DNA from: Eledone cirrhosa
Lineage: Eukaryota
Length of the DNA: 64,000 nt
Direction: 5' to 3'
Assembly (NCBI GenBank): GCA_964016885.1
Contig: OZ024751.1
Span: forward strand, 48,050,001 to 48,114,000
Part shown: piece after piece, positions 55,784 through 64,000 of the stretch
Position numbering within the stretch: the first letter of the stretch is position 1
How the letters are laid out: each line of letters starts with the position of its first letter
Made by a program: the position numbers and the translations under genes
The notes under the pieces: generated by a model
The model's database searches: none
Told to the model about the DNA's origin: nothing
Seen by the model: the letters and a program-made list of their open reading frames with translations, nothing else

Positions 55784-55899
55784 TCTCTCCTTCTTCCTAC
55801 CAGATAAGCATAAGGAAACAAAAGGACCCTTAACTCCTGATGAGGTTGTAAGGGCACTGTCCTGACATAGATTAGAATACAGCCAAGTTCTTCTAGACA

Positions 55900-55941
<42 letters not shown>

Positions 55942-56029
55942 CAACTGGACTGGTAATTCATTTATCAACCCTGAAAGGATGAAAGGCAAGGTTGACCGTA
56001 ATGGGATTTGAACTCAGAGTGACGCTTAT

Positions 56030-56238
56030 TGAGAGAAGTGCCAGGAAACCCCAGTGGAAGGAAGTCGCAGTAGAGATTGACAGAGAAAGACCTGGGCAGA
56101 GGTGGTGAGAGCTGATCTCAAATCGCTGAACCTTATGGAGGAGATGATGAAGGAATGCAACAGGTGAAGAGATGTGCTGAAAAGGACCTGTCCAACAGAT
56201 GCAATCCAAGAAAAACAGACGTAAAAACAATGATGATG
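56030..56238 (+). mobile_element. RTE LINE 3' end inserted into an old minus-strand SINE B (55945-56020 | 56240-56298)
   Basis: Frame RKCQETPVEGSRSRD*QRKTWAEVVRADLKSLNL matches the recalled RTE C-terminus VEGxRxRGRPRKTWxxxVxxDL. Ends gacgtaaaaacaatgatgatg, like the SINE A tail. Confidence 0.75.
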
Positions 56239-56464
56239 TCGTGATCCAGAACAAATACCAAGGCATTTCATCCGATGCCCTAACAATGTTGCCAATACAC
56301 AGCCTAAGAATCATATACACAAAAATAGTATTATTGGATCTAAAACCCTCTTCTGAATACAGATACTCAGAAGCTAAACAAGTTATGATTCTAAAACCCT
56401 GTCCTGGATATAGACAGACAGATGCTGAACAAACTATAGTTTAGGACCTCACAATCTTCTAGGG

Positions 56465-56752
56465 CAGCTGTTGCCAACCAGTGGTCCGTGAATCACTGGT
56501 GGTCCAAGAGAAAATTGTGGTGGTCCGCAGAACAATTTGAACACTATTTACTTTAAAGATTTTGTTATGATTACATAGGCATTTATAATTTTATTATATT
56601 TAATAGGTGCATTTCATATTAATATCATGGAAGTTCTCTGATCATAATTTTACAAATGTATTTATCTTTTTAAAAAAATTTTTATTAGTGGTCCGCGGGA
56701 TTTAAAATTATGAATTTAGTGTCTGTGAGGTCTGAAAGGTTGGCAACCGCTC
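56465..56752. mobile_element. hAT (Charlie-like) MITE
   Basis: TIRs CAGCTGTTGCCAACC / GGTTGGCAACCGCTC. 8-bp TSD ttctaggg / ttctaagg. Subterminal GTGGTCC repeats. Confidence 0.85.
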
Positions 56753-57369
56753 TTCTAAGGGCCTCAAAATAATTAAAAGGCATCTGTTTTTAATTTTTTG
56801 TGAGACATTCTGATGTAACCAAATTTTATGCAGCTTTGGGCCTCACTATGGCTAAATGCAACACAGGAGGCATACCACCAGCAATGAGGGCAGAGGAAGA
56901 ACAACTATAGTGCTCTAACTAAGTCTACCTTGACTACTTTCTCTGTGTTCACTCCCAGAATCTATGGAGATTTCAGAAATAGACTGGACAGCGGAAAGAG
57001 AGCAGTGTGACTCCATACTGTCACACTGCACTCCATGCGATTCAGCAGTCCATATTGGAGTGTGCAGCTAGGTGAAGATATTGTATATCAGGGAAGATGG
57101 ATCCACTTGTAAGAAATGGTAGTACAATTTCCTTCAAGAAAAATAGGGAGTATAGTCTGGATTCTGTCTTCCTAGAAGACTAAAACGCTGGAACACTTCT
57201 GATCATAAATCTCTTCAGTTAGAGCTAACCGAGGGCTAAACAACAGCAACAACAACGAACATCATGAACCAAGATAGGAGTCTCTATGTGGCCCCTCTAA
57301 CTTGCTAGAAATAACAACAAAATCTCATTCAAATCACATCGTTTGATTATATAACTATTTGACACATCA

Positions 57370-57543
57370 AATAATTGTTTCTACTTTAGGCACAAGGCCA
57401 GCAATTAACCAGTGCATTACTGGTACTTTATTTTATCGACCCAGTAAGGATGAAAAGCAAAGTCAACCTCGGTGGGATTTGAACTCAGATCGTAAAGGGA
57501 CGTAACTATGCTGGAAAGCATGGCGTCCGACCCTCTACCGATA
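57370..57543 (-). mobile_element. SINE family B
   Basis: Reverse complement of the family B consensus seen at 24281. Confidence 0.9.
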
Positions 57544-57575
57544 GGTTTATCTCTCTTACACGTGTGAGCTTGTAA

Positions 57576-57820
57576 AGACACGTGGCTAAGTGGTTAAGAT
57601 GTTTGACTCACGATCTTCCGATCGTGAGTTCGATTCCTGGCAACACGTTGTGTCCTTGAGCAAGACACTTTATTTCACATTGCTCCAGCTCGCTCAGCTG
57701 GCAAAAATTGATAGTACATGTAATTCAAATGGCAAGCCTTGTTACACACTACTTGAGCATTATTTAACGTTAGTTAAATAACTAGAACACTCGTCGTCGG
57801 AATCGACGGAACACCAACAA
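57576..57820 (+). mobile_element. tRNA-derived SINE with family A core and a distinct head and tail
   Basis: A box TGGCTAAGTGG, B box GAGTTCGATTCC, core ccttgagcaagacactttatttcacattgctccag. Confidence 0.85.
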
Positions 57821-58400
57821 TAACGACGTATTGAGTTCTTTAAAATACGTCTATATATGTTAAAAACTTAGAGAGAGAGAGAGAGAGAGAGAGAAGGGGG
57901 AAGTGGAGTTTCTCATAAATAAAAGAATATTTCAATATATTTTATATTCGCGAACCTGACAGAGTTTAGGAACAGGTGGTGTGAATGTGTGAGTGTGCGA
58001 ATGTGTGTGTGTGTGTGTGTGTGTGTTTTAACAGAGATATGAAACATCTGTATAAAAACACACATATATGCTGTTATAGAAATGTGTGTGTAGAAAGAAC
58101 TTAACGTGTTTGCTTGCAGCTGATCTATTCATGTGGCATAGATAAGACTCTTGGTCAGGTCAGGAGAGAGAAAGATGGAGAGAGAGAGGAGAGAGAAGGA
58201 GACACACGACACACGGTCAAGTGTGTGCGTGGGAGATTTTCTTTCTTTTTTTGTTGTTTCGAAGTGTGATCAGTGTCCATGACAACAATTTTCAGGAGAC
58301 TCTGAAACTAATGGGAGGAAGCGGGGTGTTCTTAAACCACCGGAAACCAATGCTTGTAACAAAGTGGACTTCGTTAAGGGCCGTCCAGTGATAACGGTTT

Positions 58401-58801
58401 ACCGGCCATATCCGGTCAGAATTCTCACCTTTTTCTGTTCAAACCGGCCACAACTGGTCACTCATATTGGTATTGTTCTCAAAATAAATAATATCAAAAT
58501 CTCATAGATTCGATATTACGTGAGTTAATTATGTGAGGTAAAGCCTTTACCTAAAAAATATAATTGTTTCTACTTTTGGCACAAGGCCATCAATTATTCC
58601 AGTGCATTACTGGTACTTTATTTTATCGACCTCGTAAGGATGAAAGGCAAAGTCAACCTCGGCGGGATTTGAACTCAGATCGTAAAGGGACGTAACTATG
58701 CTGGAAAGCATGGTGTCTGACCCTCAACCGATACTGCCAATCCACCGCCCTTTACCTAAAAAATATAATAGTATATATAGAGTAATGTAAATGCTAAAGG
58801 G
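58401..58801 (-). mobile_element. piggyBac-type MITE D containing a SINE B insertion (about 58565-58748)
   Basis: 21-bp TSD cctttacctaaaaaatataat at 58544 and 58749. The MITE ends AATGCTAAAGGG|TTAA. Confidence 0.9.
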
Positions 58802-59198
58802 TTAAATCTACCTACCACCCAAATAGCCACAGCGGAATGTTTAACTCGCAAGGCAAAGAATTGAAACAAACACTGCAAGGCACCTCGTTCAGTGTTCTGA
58901 CAATTCCACCAATCCAGCATCCTCGACTTGCTAATTTATTATTTTATATTATCAACCCTGAAAAGCAAAGATGACCTTTGACGGGATTCGAACTCTGCGC
59001 TCAATGTCGGAACAAATGTGACAATGTATTTTGTCTTGCACCTTACCAACTACTCCAAATCGCCGGTTAAAATTGACCGCCTAAATAGTCCTTGCTCTTT
59101 CACTCCTTATTTATGGCACTTATAGTCCTTTCCTTTACTTTCCTATACAACCAGATCTGCTTTTCTTTACCCCTTCCCCGACTTTTTTCATTATTTAA

Positions 59199-59366
59199 CC
59201 GTATTTCCCGGCGTCGGAGAGGCTACTATCCCCCTAAAATAAGTCTCAAAATCCAACTATGCGTCCTGGAGGCCGAACGCTGTTTATTATTTTTTTTCAA
59301 ATTTTTGGTTGTCAAAATTAGGGTGCGTCCTCGAGAACAAAGTGTCTTCGGGGCCGCGAAATACGG
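59199..59366. mobile_element. Tc1/mariner-superfamily (Tc2-like) MITE
   Basis: TIR CCGTATTTCCCGGC / GCCGCGAAATACGG (13 of 14 match). The expected TA TSDs are degenerate (AA, GA). Confidence 0.65.
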
Positions 59367-59475
59367 GAAATTTTGTTTTTATCATTTATATTTAAAATAT
59401 TTCCACCATTGTATAACTTCTGTCTGTAAAATATAGTTGACATAATAATAAAGCATTAGATTTAAATACCAGCAA

Positions 59476-59613
59476 AGAGTTACGGCCCTTTATGATCTGA
59501 GTTCAAATCCCGCCGAGGTTAACTTTGCCTTTCATCCTTACGGGGTCGATAAAATAAAGTACCAGTAATGTACTGGTTAATTGCTGGCCTTGTGCCTAAA
59601 GTAGAAACAATTA
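59476..59613 (+). mobile_element. SINE family B, 5'-truncated
   Basis: B box, core and tail match 24335-24475. Confidence 0.9.
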
Positions 59614-59745
59614 TATATATTTTCTGACCCAAGTTGACTGTTATTTCTGGAATGTCATGAGTTTCCACTGATCGGCCAAATCTGACCAGTTTACGTAACA
59701 ACTACCTACATACCTACCTAACCGTCTATATAACTATCTGTATCT

Positions 59746-60010
59746 GAGGAAGATGAAAGATTAAGGGAGCACCCCCTCTCTGTGCTCCTGAGGAGAAGGG
59801 TTGCACACTTTTTTCGGCGGGGGGGGGGGGTGCGACCCCAGAAGGCGCCTCGTCCCTATTGAGGATTTTGTTATTAAATTTATTTTTGTTATATTTTATT
59901 TTTTATATCTTGTTATTGCCTCCTCCTTATTGAGGACGCCTTTTTTATGTAAACTCCCTGCATTGTACATGTCCCACCTTTTGATGCCCTGGTGGCAAAT
60001 AAAAAGAAAG
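59746..60010 (+). mobile_element. Probable 5'-truncated LINE 3' UTR (structured, ends AATAAA plus A-rich tail)
   Basis: Ends gccctggtggcaaataaaaagaaa. Flanked by tatctgtatct / tatctatatct (TSD-like). Three internal stems. Confidence 0.5.
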
Positions 60011-60262
60011 TTATCTATATCTATCAGCCATTACATCTATCGATAGCTCTTCCCTTCTACCCACCTACCTACCTAGCCACCTACAGTTTTTAGTACCACA
60101 CCCCACACTTTATTTTTCGTCACATTCGAATTAACTACCGTGTCAACAAATATCTACCCTTCTAACATCTCCTACCCAGCCACCCGTCCATCCCTCTATC
60201 TGCACACCAATAGGCCTGTCCAACCAACCAGCCACCTTCCTATGCATCTATGTACCAACATC

Positions 60263-60523
60263 ATATATATATATATATATTTATATATACATACATACAT
60301 ACATACACGCACACATATATAATATATATATATATATACATACATATACACATATATATACATACATACATATACACATATATACATACATACATACACA
60401 CATATATACATACATACATACACATATATATATATACACACACACATATATATATACACATATATATATATATATACACATATATATACACACATATATA
60501 TACATACATATATAGATACACAC

Positions 60524-60556
<33 letters not shown>

Positions 60557-60757
60557 CACGCATATATGCATACATATACATACACACACGCACACACACA
60601 TTTAAATACATATATATATACATACATATGCATATATATACACACACACACATATATACATACATATGCATATATATACACACACACACACATATATACA
60701 TACATATGCATATATATACACACACACACACATATATACATACATATGCATATATAT

Positions 60758-60804
<47 letters not shown>

Positions 60805-61015
60805 GAGATACACACCTACATACCCATATATACATCTACCTACCTAGTCACTACTATATTTACCTACCTACCTACCAAGCTACCTACCTACCTTCCTAGT
60901 TACCTACCTACCTACCTAGTTAGTTACCTACCTACCAAGCTACCTACCTACCTACCTAGTTACCTACCTACCTACCTAGTTAGTTACCTACCTACCTACC
61001 AAGCTACCTACCTAC
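60263..61015. repeat. (TA/CA)n array followed by (TACC)n
   Basis: Directly visible. Confidence 0.95.
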
Positions 61016-61212
61016 CCGTCTTTCCAATTATCTACCCACTCCCTTCCCCACCTAACACACCCATCAACAAAGGAGCGGGGTGGTGGTTGTTGTTGAAACA
61101 CGTGGAGGAATAGACGAAAAAGTGAAAGAAAAAAGGGGCGTGGCAGTGTTTGATTACGATAAACTAATGACTGATTGACACTAATTAGTGATAGTGAGCA
61201 GTAATGTTTACA

Positions 61213-61620
61213 GTTAGTAGTAGTAGTAGTAGTGGTGGTGGTGGTATTGGTGGTGGTAGTAGTCGTGGTAGTAGTAGTGATGATGGTGGTGGTAGTAGTA
61301 ATAGTAGTGGTGATGGTGGTGGCGGAGATGGTGGTGGCGGCGATGGTGGTAGTAGTAGCAGCAACAGCAGTAGTAGTAATAATACTAATAGTAGTAGTGG
61401 TGGCGATGGTAGCAGTAGTAGCAGCAACAGTAGTAGTAACAACAGTAGTAGTAGTAGCAGCCGTAGTAGTAGTAGTAGCAGCAGCAGTAGTAATAGTAGT
61501 AGTAGTAATAGTAGTAGCAGCTGCAGTAGTAGTAGTAGTAGCAGCAGCAGCAGTAATAGCAGCAGCAGCAGTAATAGTAGTAGTAGCTGCAGTAGTAGTA
61601 GTAACAGTAGTAATGATAAT
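61213..61620. repeat. (AGT/AGC/GGT)n trinucleotide array
   Basis: Directly visible. Confidence 0.93.
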
Positions 61621-61719
61621 TAGACGCATATGTAAAATCAAGGCAAAAAAAAGTTAATCACCCTTAATAAGGAAATAATAACTACTACTACTACTACTGT
61701 GTCAGACAAAATGGTTGTC

Positions 61720-61915
61720 GGTTAGCAGACCCGGTAGAGCGCCAGACAAAATGACTGGCGTTGGTTAAATAACTTCCTTTCTACGTTCTGTGTTCAAATC
61801 TCGCCGAGGTCAACTTTGCTTTTCAATGCAACTGAGATCGATAAAATAAAGTACCAGTTAATAACTATTGTGTTCGATTTAATCTATCCATTTTTACCCC
61901 CGTATCCACCCCCAC
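61720..61915 (+). mobile_element. Diverged SINE family B
   Basis: gttcaaatctcgccgaggtcaactttgc...tcgataaaataaagtaccag. Confidence 0.75.
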
Positions 61916-62755
61916 AAAACCATGTCTAGCCTTCTCCAGTGATAGACAATATATCTACACCCACGGTAACCATTATTCGTTCATACATTTGTTGTTTACA
62001 GCTTTACGATAGGAGTTCGATTTAAATTCATAACCATGTCCTGGTATTCGCAATGTCCTTGACATAGAAATAGCATCCAATTTGCCCTTTATACTCATAC
62101 ATACACATATACAACGAATACATACAGACACAAACACGTACTCATACATACACATATACAACGAATACAGACAGATACAAACACGCACTCATACATACAC
62201 ATATACACACATATAGTGAATTCATACATACACACATATAGTGAATTCAAACATACACATACACACATATACAATGAATACATACAGACACAAACACGTA
62301 CTCATATGTGCACACATACATACACATAGTGAATTTATAGATACACATACACACATATAGTGAATTTATAGATACACACACACACACACATATATAGTGA
62401 ATTCATACATACGCATACACACATATTCAATGCATGCAGACACGCACGCACACACGTACTCATATGCGCACACATACTCACACGTATACACAATATATAT
62501 ACACATACAATGAATACATACAGATGCACACATATACCCATACATACACATACACAGATACACAAACGCACGCATACACTCACACACGCATTCACACCAG
62601 CACACAGATACACGCATTCACTCACACGCACGCACATACGTTCATACAATATAGATATATACATACAATACACATATACATTCATTCACATCCATATACA
62701 CCTCCCACACATACACACATTCAGTCACACCCACACATGCACGTTCATACAATTT

Positions 62756-62802
<47 letters not shown>

Positions 62803-62803
<1 letters not shown>

Positions 62804-62969
62804 CGAAGGAAATGTGGTAAGGAACCAGGTGGACCATAACGCATCAGAGTACTCAATACTTATGGTAGTAGAGTGGGTAATAGGAACGAGTAGGACCCCG
62901 ACGGCTGAGCTCAAGCCGTTTCGACGGCTAATTCTGGACTCTAATTCTGCCGTTTCGACGGCTAATTCT
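62803..62969. other. (TA)n-flanked CpG-rich structured insert with tandem TTCG-loop hairpins
   Basis: AGCCGT-TTCG-ACGGCT at 62914-62929 and GCCGT-TTCG-ACGGC at 62949-62962. (TA)n on both sides. Confidence 0.6.
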
Positions 62970-63151
62970 ATATATATATATATATATGTAGATAAATCTA
63001 GTTTGTATAATTCTGTATAATTTTGTACATAGATCTGTTGAATATGCATGCCAATTCTAACACATATATATCCTAGAAACGATCGTTAAATAATGAACTT
63101 TTTTTGTTTAATATAAGGAACTGTTTCATTGTTTTATTCATTATTTTTTTA

Positions 63152-63193
<42 letters not shown>

Positions 63194-63204
63194 CATATAA
63201 TAAC

Positions 63205-64000
63205 CACTACATATACACATGTAGATACAGTACATACGCACATATATACGTAGATACAACACAAACGCGTATATACACGTAGATATAGCACATACACATA
63301 CATATATAGACGTAGATATAGCACATACACATACATACACGTAGATATAGCACATACATATATACACGTAGATATAGCACATACACATATATACACGTAG
63401 ATATAGCACATACACATACATATATACACGTAGATATAGCACGTACATATATAGACGTAGATATAGCACATACACATACATATATACACATAGATATAGC
63501 ACATACACATATATACAGCACATACACATACATATATACACGTAGATATAGCACATACATATATACACGTAGATATAGCACATACACATATATACACGTA
63601 GATATAGCACATACACATACATATATAGACGTAGATATAGCACATACACATACATACACGTAGATATAGCACATACATATATACACGTAGATATAGCACA
63701 TACACATATATACACGTAGATATAGCACATACACATACATATATACACGTAGATATAGCACGTACATATATACACGTAGATATAGCACATACACATACAT
63801 ATATACACATAGATATAGCACATACACATATATACAGCACATACACAAATATACAGCACATACACATACATATATACACATAGATATAGCACATACACAT
63901 ATATACAGCACATACACATATATACAGCACATACACATACATATATACACGTAGATATAGCACATACACATATATACACGTAGATACAATCCACACACGT
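63205..64000. repeat. ~27-33-bp minisatellite
   Basis: acacgtagatatagcacatacacatatat units. Confidence 0.95.

Noticed and set aside
62830-62880. Twister-ribozyme-like ends (TAA ... GAGTG)
   Set aside because: Lacks the conserved L4 UYVCAAGC and the NGC pseudoknot partner. P1 and P2 are imperfect.

Overview
This is a repeat-saturated animal genomic window with no confidently identifiable protein-coding gene, rRNA, tRNA gene or CRISPR array. The SINE/MITE families and the very high microsatellite load are consistent with an octopod cephalopod; that is an inference from recalled repeat families, not a search. Content: multi-kb (TA/CA/TATG/ACT/ACC)n microsatellites, about 15 minisatellite arrays (26-80 bp units, several seeded from SINE or LINE fragments, some with higher-order periodicity), many tRNA-derived SINE copies of at least three families, TTAA-flanked piggyBac-type MITEs, two hAT MITEs, one Tc1/mariner-like MITE, and decayed LINE pieces (RTE, CR1-like, other RT). 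The long ORFs in the supplied track are simple-repeat artefacts. The most interesting signal is a set of short (TA)n-embedded elements carrying minimal type I hammerhead ribozyme motifs (one near-intact at 26517-26561). Two of these lie just upstream of a short ATG-initiated ORF start (MTLPKYNN...), whose two longer plus-strand copies differ by an excess of synonymous changes. Some are arranged as long inverted repeats. This architecture fits Penelope-like pLTRs or retrozymes. All family assignments are by eye and need database confirmation.
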